Assembly: GCA_963744995.1 (NCBI GenBank)
Contig: CAVUWA010000002.1
Coordinates: 358,654-422,653 of the forward strand
Origin: Candidatus Eiseniibacteriota bacterium
GTDB lineage: Bacteria > Eisenbacteria > RBG-16-71-46
Direction: 5' to 3'
Length of the DNA stretch: 64,000 bases
Shown: one piece after another, positions 51,524 to 59,499 of the stretch
Position numbering within the stretch: the stretch's first letter is position 1
How the letters are laid out: each line of letters begins with the position of its first letter
The notes under the pieces: model-generated
Seen by the model: only the letters and a program-made list of their open reading frames with translations
What the model was told of the DNA's origin: nothing
Databases searched by the model: none
Translations under genes and position numbers: made by a program

Positions 51524-54145
51524 TTACGGGTCGATGCGCACGCCGAACGTGATCACCACCGACGCGCCCGGCGCCAGTGTTCCCACGGCGGCCGAGATCG
51601 ATCCGGTGGCGCCGTTGGCCGGCGTGGTGATCGTGCCGGCCGTCGTCGATGCCGGCACCGCGTTCGAGTACGTGGTGTTCGCCGGCGTCGCGTCGTCCAC
51701 GACGACGTTCGTCACCGAAGCCGTGCCCACGTTGGTCACGGTGATCTCGTACCTGAGACACGCCCCCGGTACGGCGCCCGCGGTGATGTTCGCGGTGCCG
51801 TAAGCCCCATCCGGGATGCCGTCACAGTTGCCGTCGAGCACCTGCCGCTTCACGACCTGCAGCTGGCCGTTCAGCACCGTCGAGTTGTCCGTGGCCGAGA
51901 CGGGCGCAGGGACCACGGACGCGTACCCGATGTTGGTGGTCGTCGCCGTGACCGTCGTGAGGTTCACCTGGCCGACCGGTGCGCCCGCCGGGGCGAACAC
52001 GCGCGCGAAGATCCGTATGGTGGCCCCCGGCGCCAGGCCGCCGATCGAGGACAGGTCCACGATCGCCGCGTCCGCGCCGTCGAAGATGCCGTTGTTGTTG
52101 CTGTCGACGTACAGGACGGACGACCAGCCGGCCTGGTTGTCGGCGGTGGTCAGCGCGACCACGCTGCCCGTGCCGTCGCCTTCCAGCACGTTGCCGGTGT
52201 TGGCGAGCAGATGCGTGTAGGTGACCGCGCCGCCCGGCGCCACCGACGCCGAGTTGTTCGGCACCAGCGTGAGCGAACGGACCGGGTTCACCGACACCGC
52301 GTCGTGGATCCGGTCGAGCGCCCCGGACACCGGCGAGCGGCCGCGGAAGTACAGGTCGAAGGTTCCGGGCGCGAAGCCGGCGGGCACGGACACGTCGGCA
52401 TAGACGAGCACGTTGCCACCGGCGGGCACGTTGCCCGTGTTGGTGATCACCACATTGCCGGCGTCACGGAACGTCACGTTCCAGCCGGCCGGCAGGACGA
52501 GCGTCGCGAACGACGCGTCGGTGCTGGCGGCGAGGTCGTAGTTGTCCGCGACCGCGCTCGTATTGTTGACGTACAGCGTGAAACGGGTGGTCGTCCCCGG
52601 TGCCGTGGCGTTGGTCACCACCGCGCCCGCCTCCGGACCGGCGCCGGCGCCCGGCGCGCCCGGCAGGGCCGCGTTGTTGGTGACGTCCACCGAACTCGCG
52701 GTGATGGCCGTGAGGATGTCGGTCGCGACCGCCGTCTGGCCCGGGTCGGTGAAGGAGGTCGCCGTCTTCGCGATCTGGTACGGCCCGCCCGTGGCTCCCG
52801 GCGGCAGCGCCACGCGCAGCACGATCGTCATGGAGGCGCCCGCGGCCAGCGGGCCGCTGTCCGGCGTGCCGTTGCCGTTGGTGTCGGTGAGCGGCGTGAC
52901 GCCGTCGCTCTGGTAGAGCGTGTAGCTCGCGCCGGCGGGGAACGTGCTGCCGCCGAGCGTGACGTCGAACACGTCCGAACCGTTGCCGGTGTTGGTGAGC
53001 GTGTTCGTGAACGCCACCGTCGCGCCCTGCAGCGCCGACGCCACCGTCTGACCGGTGAACGTGAGCGAGGCGGCCTGGAGCACCGTGAACGGCGTGCCGT
53101 TGGTGATGAACGGGCCGACAGGGCCGGAGCCGTCGTCGTACTGGTACGAGGCGATGTTGGTGATCGTCTGCGGCGTGAGACCCGGATCCACGTTCACCTG
53201 GAACGTGATCGTTCCGGAGGCGCCCGCCGGAATCTGATTGATCTGAGCCGCGACGTTGTTGGGCAGCGACACACCGAAGTCGTAGATGACGGTGTTCGGC
53301 GCGGTGCCCTGCGCGTCGGCGTTGTTGGCATCGGTGAGCGCCGTCGCGCCCGTGACGCTCCAGCGCCCCGAGCTCGGCACATAGGTCATGCCGAGCGGGA
53401 TCGCGTCGGTGAAGATCACGTTCGTCGCGGTGGCGTTGCCGGTGTTGTTGTAGGTGATCGTGTACGTATACGGGCCGCTCGGCGACGGGCCGGCCGGCTG
53501 ATCGATGGACTTGGTGACGTTCAGCACCGCGTTGCCCGACACCGTCACCGCGTCGGTGTTGAACGCGGTCTGGGCGTTGTCGAACACGCTCGTCGCGGTG
53601 ATCGTCGCCTGCGCGACGTCGCCGGCGACCTGGACCCCGGGCACGTTGCCGACGACCACGAACCGGAACTGCGCGCCCGCGGCGAGCGACCCGGTCGAGT
53701 TGATCGGCGTGAAGTTGTCGGGCACGCCGTCGCCGTTGGCGTCCGCATAGATCACGAGCCCGGCGAGGTCGAAGTCATCGCCGCCGAGGTTGGCCGGCGC
53801 GAGCGTGAAGTCGTCCGCGCCGTTGCCGGTGTTGGTGAGGGTGTGCGGGAACGTGGCCTGGCCGCCCGGGGCGGAGATCACGCTGCCGTCGGCCGTGAGC
53901 GTGAAGCTGGCGACCTGCTGGACGATCGTCGTGACCAGATTCGACGTCGCGGTGCGCGTCGTGCTGGTCGCGTCGAGGTACGTGGCCGTGGCCTGGTTGC
54001 CGATCGTGGTGCCGGCAGGAGGCGCGGCGGCCGCGTGGCCGACGAACGCCACGGCGGCGAGCATCGTGAGGCCGACCAGGGCCGCGCGACGCGCAGAGAC
54101 GAACCGACGCGGGGCGTCGGCCCAGACGAGGGGAATCATGGGCAT
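51524..54145 (-). CDS. secreted DUF11-repeat protein (873 aa)
   Basis: The signal is AALVGLTMLAAVAFVGHAAAAPPAGT. Repeated TIGR01451/DUF11-type units are present (YTYTITYNNTGNATATNVIFTDAIPLGMTYV; CLRYEITVTNVGTASVTNVVVDDATPANTTY). ATG 54145; ATG 54139 has better RBS spacing. Confidence 0.85.
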   Translation of the reverse strand: MPMIPLVWADAPRRFVSARRAALVGLTMLAAVAFVGHAAAAPPAGTTIGNQATATYLDATSTTRTATSNLVTTIVQQVASFTLTADGSVISAPGGQATFPHTLTNTGNGADDFTLAPANLGGDDFDLAGLVIYADANGDGVPDNFTPINSTGSLAAGAQFRFVVVGNVPGVQVAGDVAQATITATSVFDNAQTAFNTDAVTVSGNAVLNVTKSIDQPAGPSPSGPYTYTITYNNTGNATATNVIFTDAIPLGMTYVPSSGRWSVTGATALTDANNADAQGTAPNTVIYDFGVSLPNNVAAQINQIPAGASGTITFQVNVDPGLTPQTITNIASYQYDDGSGPVGPFITNGTPFTVLQAASLTFTGQTVASALQGATVAFTNTLTNTGNGSDVFDVTLGGSTFPAGASYTLYQSDGVTPLTDTNGNGTPDSGPLAAGASMTIVLRVALPPGATGGPYQIAKTATSFTDPGQTAVATDILTAITASSVDVTNNAALPGAPGAGAGPEAGAVVTNATAPGTTTRFTLYVNNTSAVADNYDLAASTDASFATLVLPAGWNVTFRDAGNVVITNTGNVPAGGNVLVYADVSVPAGFAPGTFDLYFRGRSPVSGALDRIHDAVSVNPVRSLTLVPNNSASVAPGGAVTYTHLLANTGNVLEGDGTGSVVALTTADNQAGWSSVLYVDSNNNGIFDGADAAIVDLSSIGGLAPGATIRIFARVFAPAGAPVGQVNLTTVTATTTNIGYASVVPAPVSATDNSTVLNGQLQVVKRQVLDGNCDGIPDGAYGTANITAGAVPGACLRYEITVTNVGTASVTNVVVDDATPANTTYSNAVPASTTAGTITTPANGATGSISAAVGTLAPGASVVITFGVRIDP

Positions 54146-54226
54146 CTCCCTGTAGCTCAGAGAAGGGTTCTCATGGACGGCCGCCCGCTCGTGCGGCGCG
54201 GCCGGATGTTCGAATCGAAGGACCTG

Positions 54227-54730
54227 CTACTGGACGTTCGAGGCCACGCCCGCCGGCGCCACGCGCATACGGGCGCGCACGACCTGTTCGCCATTGGCGT
54301 CGAGGTCGCCGAGCGCCCAGCGCAGCGCGCGGTACTCCCGATAGGGCACGAGCTGCTCGATTTCGTCGCCGTTCGGAAGGCGCACGAGGCGCTTGAGCGG
54401 AACGGGGGCGAAGGTCTTTCCGTCGAGGCTCGCCGTCACCCGCGCGGGCGCCGCGCTCCCCGGCACGTACTCCATGCCGGCGGGAACGGGCAGCGAGGCG
54501 AGCAGCTGGTGCGCGGTGGCGTCACCCTCGTTGAGGTAACGCGCGCGGTACTCGATGGTCTCGCCCGGCCGTACCTGCTCGGCCGCGGCGAGATGTTCGG
54601 CGCCGTGTGCGTCGGTGGTGACGCGCTGGGCCGTCATCGAAACCCTGACGTCGCCGTCGGCGTGCGCAGGAGCGGCGAACGCGAAAGCGACGAGGGCGAG
54701 GACAGCGGGGGCAAAGCGATGCGGATGCAT
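54227..54730 (-). CDS. small secreted single-DUF11-like-domain protein
   Basis: ATG 54730 is preceded by GGGAGGA. MHPHRFAPAVLALVAFAFAAPAHA is the signal peptide. RPGETIEYRARYLNEGDATAHQLLASLPVPAGMEYV is DUF11-like. It is the first gene of the cluster. Confidence 0.75.
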   Translation of the reverse strand: MHPHRFAPAVLALVAFAFAAPAHADGDVRVSMTAQRVTTDAHGAEHLAAAEQVRPGETIEYRARYLNEGDATAHQLLASLPVPAGMEYVPGSAAPARVTASLDGKTFAPVPLKRLVRLPNGDEIEQLVPYREYRALRWALGDLDANGEQVVRARMRVAPAGVASNVQ

Positions 54731-54979
54731 GTCCGGATCCTCCCTGACCTGGTCCATACGAACGTGACCGGATCCAGGCGCGGAAGCCGCAGCTCTCGCG
54801 CAAGGACCGCGAGGCGGGCACCGGATCGAACACCCGACGTCTCGGCGAGGGGCCTGAGCCGGGTCGGGTGCCTGCCAGGTCGAGGTATCGGAAGCAGTCG
54901 CTGGAGGATTTAGGGGATTCCGGTGCGCTCGCGGCGCGGGAGCGGTGTCGGGCCGGGTGGAGCCCGCCCGGATCGGCCG

Positions 54980-54992
54980 CCGGTGCTACAAT
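54980..54992 (+). promoter_or_regulatory. extended -10-like promoter element upstream of preA
   Basis: ccggTGcTACAAT shares the CCGGTGCTA prefix with the 3327 and 7644 sites. It lies about 130 nt upstream of ATG 55124, in the divergent 54731-55123 spacer. Confidence 0.35.
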
Positions 54993-55123
54993 CCCCGCTT
55001 CGCGGAACGCGCGGCCCGAGAGCCGCCCGATCGTCCGCGCCGGTTGAGAGGCCGGCCGCTCGCGCCGATGGCCGAGCGGCCCGGCGGTATTCCGGTCGCG
55101 GCGCACGTCATACCGGATCGATC

Positions 55124-56467
55124 ATGGCTGACCTTTCCATCGACTTCGCGGGCATCAAGAGTCCCAACCCCTTCTGGCTGGCGAGCGCGCCGCCCACCAA
55201 TTCCGGCGACCAGGTCATGCGAGCGTTCGACATGGGCTGGGGCGGCGCGGTGTGGAAGACGCTCGGCGATCCGATCATCGACACCTCGAGCCGCTTCGGC
55301 TCGCTCGACGTCGGCAACCAGCGCATGGTGGGGTTCAACAATATCGAGCTCATCACCGACCGGCCGCTCGAGGTGAACCTGCGCGAGATCCGCGAGGTGA
55401 AGAAGCGCTACCCCGACCGCGCCGTGATCGTCTCGCTGATGGTCGAGTCGAAGGCGGACTGGAAGGAGATCATCAAGCGCACGATCGACACCGGTTGCGA
55501 CGGGCTCGAACTCAACTTCGGCTGCCCGCACGGCATGTGCGAGCGGGGCATGGGCTCGGCCGTGGGCCAGGAGCCGAAAGTGCTCACCACCGTCGCCGGC
55601 TGGGTGGTCGAGTACTCGACGGTTCCGGTGCTGGTCAAGCTGACGCCCAACGTCGGCGACATCCTCGAGCCCGGCCTCGCCGCGGTCGAGGCGAGGGTGC
55701 ACGGCCTCTCGCTGATCAACACGATCAAGAGCCTGATCGGCGTGGACCTCGAGCGCTTCGTACCCTACCCGGTCGTCGGGCAGCGCTCGACCAACGGCGG
55801 CTACTGCGGGCCGGCGGTGAAGCCGATCGCGCTGCACATGGTGGCGGCGCTGGCGCGCGACCCGCGGATCGGCGTGCCGATCTCGGGTATCGGCGGCATC
55901 GGCACCTGGCGCGACGCGGCGGAGTTCATCGCGCTGGGTTCGACCAGCGTGCAGGTCTGCACCGCCGTGATGCACTATGGCTTCCGGATCGTGGAGGACA
56001 TGATCGAGGGGCTCTCCAACTACCTCGACGATCACGGCATGAAGTCGGTCACCGACCTGCGCGGTCGCGCGTTGCCCGCGTTCACCGAATGGGGTGACCT
56101 CGACCTCCATTACAAGGTCGTCGCGGAGGTCGACGCCGACAAGTGCATCGGCTGCGATCTGTGCTACGTCGCGTGCCGTGACACCGCGGTGAACTGCATT
56201 CACACGGCTGCAGAGCCGTTGAAGGAGGGCCACCTGGCGCCCACGCGCGAAGCCGCGATGGCGGCGGCGAAGGCGAAGGACGCCCACGTGGTCTGGGTGG
56301 ACGAGACGGAGTGCATCGGCTGCAACCTGTGTTCGGCGGTGTGCCCCGTGCACGACTGCATCACGATGAAGGACGTCACGAACGGGCGGCCGTTCGAATC
56401 GTGGAACGACCGGATCGCGAAGGGCACCGCCCACGTGCCGGGCGGGCTCCACGATCCGGTGAGCTGA
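55124..56467 (+). CDS. preA: NAD-dependent dihydropyrimidine dehydrogenase subunit PreA
   Basis: MADLSIDFAGIKSPNPFWLASAPP... (DHOD-like TIM barrel). LNFGCPHGM, GGYCGPAVKPIAL and SGIGGI are present. Two C-terminal 4Fe-4S ferredoxin motifs are CIGCDLCYVACRD and CIGCNLCSAVCPV. The first 67 codons of the track ORF are non-coding. Confidence 0.92.
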   Translation: MADLSIDFAGIKSPNPFWLASAPPTNSGDQVMRAFDMGWGGAVWKTLGDPIIDTSSRFGSLDVGNQRMVGFNNIELITDRPLEVNLREIREVKKRYPDRAVIVSLMVESKADWKEIIKRTIDTGCDGLELNFGCPHGMCERGMGSAVGQEPKVLTTVAGWVVEYSTVPVLVKLTPNVGDILEPGLAAVEARVHGLSLINTIKSLIGVDLERFVPYPVVGQRSTNGGYCGPAVKPIALHMVAALARDPRIGVPISGIGGIGTWRDAAEFIALGSTSVQVCTAVMHYGFRIVEDMIEGLSNYLDDHGMKSVTDLRGRALPAFTEWGDLDLHYKVVAEVDADKCIGCDLCYVACRDTAVNCIHTAAEPLKEGHLAPTREAAMAAAKAKDAHVVWVDETECIGCNLCSAVCPVHDCITMKDVTNGRPFESWNDRIAKGTAHVPGGLHDPVS

Positions 56468-56520
56468 ACTCGAACGCGACGCCGGCCGCGATACGGCGCC
56501 GGCGGAGCGGAATACAACAG

Positions 56521-57729
56521 ATGAGCGAACCCCTCGGACTGCAGGCGATTCAGGTCCGGCCCGGGCATCCGGACTTTCTCGATCTGCCCTGGACCGATGC
56601 CCTGGAGACGTGGCGCGGCGTCACCGGGCGCTTCGTCGAGCTCGAGCGCGGGCTGTCACGACACGAAGTCGCATTCGTCGGCTACGACCACGGCACCTAC
56701 GCGCTCAAGGCGATGTCCGAGCGGATCGTGCTCAAGGAGTACGCGACGCTGCGCGCCCTCGAGGACGACCGGCTGCCTTCGGTGGAAGCCGTCGGCCACG
56801 CGCGCGTGCTGCCGAAGGGCGCCGAAGAGCCGGCCGGCATCCTGATCACCCGCTACCTCGACCACTCGCTGCCCTACCGCACGCTGTTCCGCACCTCGGG
56901 TCTTGCGCGCTACCGCAGCCGGCTGCTCGACGCGATGGCGAGCCTGCTCGTACGCCTGCACCTGGCCGGCGTCTACTGGGGCGACTGTTCGCTGTCGAAC
57001 ACGCTGTTCCGGCGCGACGCGGGGGAACTGCAGGCGTTCCTCGTGGATGCAGAGACCTCGGCCGTGCACGACGAGCTGAGCGAGGGTCAGCGGCGCCAGG
57101 ACCTCATGATCATGGAGGAGAACGTCTACGGCGAGTTGTCCGATCTGTCGGCGGCCGCCGGCTCGCTGCCGCACGGGATCGTGATCCAGGACATGGGCCG
57201 GGTGATCCGCGACCGTTACGAGCGGCTGTGGGAGGAGATCACCCGCGAGGATTCGATCGCGCCGACCGAGGGCTGGCGGATCCACGAGCGCATCCGCGCG
57301 CTGAACGGGCTCGGCTTCTCGGTGGGCGAGGTGAGCCTCGTCGCGACCGACGACGGCCACCGGCTGCGCATGCGCACCATCGTCACCGACCGCGACTACC
57401 ACCGGCACCATCTCCACAGCCTCACCGGGATCGTCGCCGGCGATCGTCAGGCCGCGCTGATGCTGAACGAGATCCACGAGATGCAGGCCACGTTGGGTGA
57501 GAAGCTCGGCCGCCGCCTGCCGATCGCGATGGCCGCGCATCGCTGGCTCGAGGAACGCTACCGGCCGACGGTCGAACGGCTCGCCGCCCTGCGCGACCGC
57601 GTCGGCGACCTGCCGGAGCTCTACTGCCAGGTGCTCGAGCACAAGTGGTACCTGTCCGAGCGGGCGCGCGCGGACGTCGGGCTCGAGAAGGCGATCGAGG
57701 ATTATGTGATGAGGTTTCAGAGCGTTTGA
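56521..57729 (+). CDS. DUF4032 / lipopolysaccharide-kinase-like family protein
   Basis: MSEPLGLQAIQVRPGHPDFLDLPW...YALKAMSERIVLKEYATLRALED...YWGDCSLSNTLFRRDAGELQAFLVDAETS... (protein-kinase-like fold). The C-terminal EHKWYLSERA motif is typical of DUF4032 as I recall it. Confidence 0.75.
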   Translation: MSEPLGLQAIQVRPGHPDFLDLPWTDALETWRGVTGRFVELERGLSRHEVAFVGYDHGTYALKAMSERIVLKEYATLRALEDDRLPSVEAVGHARVLPKGAEEPAGILITRYLDHSLPYRTLFRTSGLARYRSRLLDAMASLLVRLHLAGVYWGDCSLSNTLFRRDAGELQAFLVDAETSAVHDELSEGQRRQDLMIMEENVYGELSDLSAAAGSLPHGIVIQDMGRVIRDRYERLWEEITREDSIAPTEGWRIHERIRALNGLGFSVGEVSLVATDDGHRLRMRTIVTDRDYHRHHLHSLTGIVAGDRQAALMLNEIHEMQATLGEKLGRRLPIAMAAHRWLEERYRPTVERLAALRDRVGDLPELYCQVLEHKWYLSERARADVGLEKAIEDYVMRFQSV

Positions 57730-57743
57730 AGGGGGGCTGAACG

Positions 57744-58385
57744 ATGGACGAGACGCCGCATCCGCTGCAGCCGTCCGATCCACCGGCGCCGCAGAAGGAA
57801 CTCGAATCCACCGCGATCCTGATCAAGCTCGCACAGAATGGCGATCGGGCTGCGGAGAACCGGCTGATTGCCCGGTTCTACCCGCGATTGCGAGCCATCG
57901 CGCATGGCCAGTTGCCTCCCTATCAGCGTGATCTCAGGGACACCGATGATCTCGTACAGGAGACGTTCTGCAAGGCATTGAGGAACATGGGGAGATTCGA
58001 GAACCGGCGCGTGGGCGCCTTCCTCGCCTACCTCAGACAGATCCTGCTCAACGAGATCAGGCAGGAAGTCCGCCGCAAGAACAGGCGCCCCGCCAAAGAA
58101 GCCCTTCACGACGGGCATGTCGACATGGCGAAGGGCCCCGATCTCGTAACCGCGGAGCGGGAGATGATTCAGCGGTTCGAACGGGCGCTCGACTCACTCG
58201 ACGACGAAGATCAGCGCCAGGCGGTGATCCTGAGGATCGGGTTCGGCTTCAGCTACGAGGAAATCGCGCAGGATCTTGGCCGGGTGTCCGCCGGGGCGGC
58301 TCGGCAGCTCATCTCCAGGGGGATCGCGAAGATCGCACTCAGCATGAGCCGCGGCGGCGGCGGAGGAAGGAATCTCGATGCGTGA
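57744..58385 (+). CDS. ECF sigma factor (kinase-associated type)
   Basis: Region 2 is TDDLVQETFCKALRNMGRFENRRVGAFLAYLRQILLNEI. Region 4 is RQAVILRIGFGFSYEEIAQDLGRVSAGAARQLISRGIAKI. Its stop overlaps the downstream kinase gene by 8 nt. Confidence 0.85.
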   Translation: MDETPHPLQPSDPPAPQKELESTAILIKLAQNGDRAAENRLIARFYPRLRAIAHGQLPPYQRDLRDTDDLVQETFCKALRNMGRFENRRVGAFLAYLRQILLNEIRQEVRRKNRRPAKEALHDGHVDMAKGPDLVTAEREMIQRFERALDSLDDEDQRQAVILRIGFGFSYEEIAQDLGRVSAGAARQLISRGIAKIALSMSRGGGGGRNLDA

Positions 58386-59460
58386 TGATTCCGAGGATCC
58401 CGAGAAGGATCCACTGGTGCGAGTCGCGGCCATGGTGGCGGACGGCGAATTTGTCGACTGGGCGGCCGAGGCAGAACGAACTCCGGATCTCGAGCCCGAA
58501 ATGCGGGGGCTGCGCTGGGTGGAGGCCATCACCATCGCGCGAGAGGTTGCCGTCCGCAAACAGGCGGGACCCTCGCGGTCCGTCCGGCGAACGGCGAGCG
58601 CGCGGGATGCTCCCCGCGAGGCGGCGAGTAACAGCGCGGACGCTGCGCCGCAGCTCGCTCCAGGGGCCCGGTGGGGCAGGCTGGAAGTCATCGAGCGGAT
58701 CGGACATGGACAGGCCGGGGACGTCTATCGCGCCTTCGATTCTGAATTGGGGCGCACAGTGGCACTGAAGATCTGGCGCGAGCGAGCCGGCTATCGCACG
58801 ACGGGGACCGAAGCGAGAAGGCTGGGAAGGGTCCGGCATCCGGTGGTTCTCACTGTGCTTGGTCACGAACGCCACGATGGTCTTGCCGGCATGTGGACGG
58901 ACTTCCTCGATGGCAGCAGCCTGGAGCAGCGACTCCAGGCGCACGGCCCGGTGGGGGTCGAAGAGGCATGCCGAATAGGCATCGCGCTATGCGAGGCACT
59001 CGAAGCGATTCACGCCGCCGGGATGGTGCATCGCGACATCAAGGCGTCGAACGTGATGCAGCTGGCCGATGGTTCCGTCGTCCTCATCGACTTCAGCTCC
59101 GTGAAGGAACTTCCTCGAGGGGTGCCTGAGAACACGGCCCACCTCAGGGGAACCCCTCTCGCCACTGCTCCAGAACTCCTGCGCGGCGAGCCGGTTGGGC
59201 CGTCGGCCGACATCTATTCGATGGGAACGCTGCTCTACCGGCTGATCACCGGTGCGTACCCTTTCGATGCAAGCACATTTGCAGAGCTGGTGGAGAAGGT
59301 GGAGCGTCGCTCGAGGGTGCCTCTGTCGACTCGGTGCCCGGATTGCGATCCGGGATTCGTCGAACTCGTCGAGCGCGCGTTGGCCGACAATCCGGCCGAT
59401 CGACCTGCGGGCGCTGCGGCCATGCGCGAAGCGCTCGACGCGGTGCTGGCCACGATGTAA
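58378..59460 (+). CDS. Ser/Thr protein kinase coupled to the ECF sigma factor
   Basis: IGHGQAGDVY, VALKIW and VHRDIKASNVM are present. DFS replaces DFG (LIDFSSV). TAPELL is the APE motif. The roughly 110-aa N-terminal extension is DPLVRVAAMVADGEFVDWAAEA. No TM helix seen. Confidence 0.85.
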   Translation: MRDDSEDPEKDPLVRVAAMVADGEFVDWAAEAERTPDLEPEMRGLRWVEAITIAREVAVRKQAGPSRSVRRTASARDAPREAASNSADAAPQLAPGARWGRLEVIERIGHGQAGDVYRAFDSELGRTVALKIWRERAGYRTTGTEARRLGRVRHPVVLTVLGHERHDGLAGMWTDFLDGSSLEQRLQAHGPVGVEEACRIGIALCEALEAIHAAGMVHRDIKASNVMQLADGSVVLIDFSSVKELPRGVPENTAHLRGTPLATAPELLRGEPVGPSADIYSMGTLLYRLITGAYPFDASTFAELVEKVERRSRVPLSTRCPDCDPGFVELVERALADNPADRPAGAAAMREALDAVLATM

Positions 59461-59499
59461 GGAAGGGATCGCTCGTCACCGTCAGCTCTCGCCGTCCGA

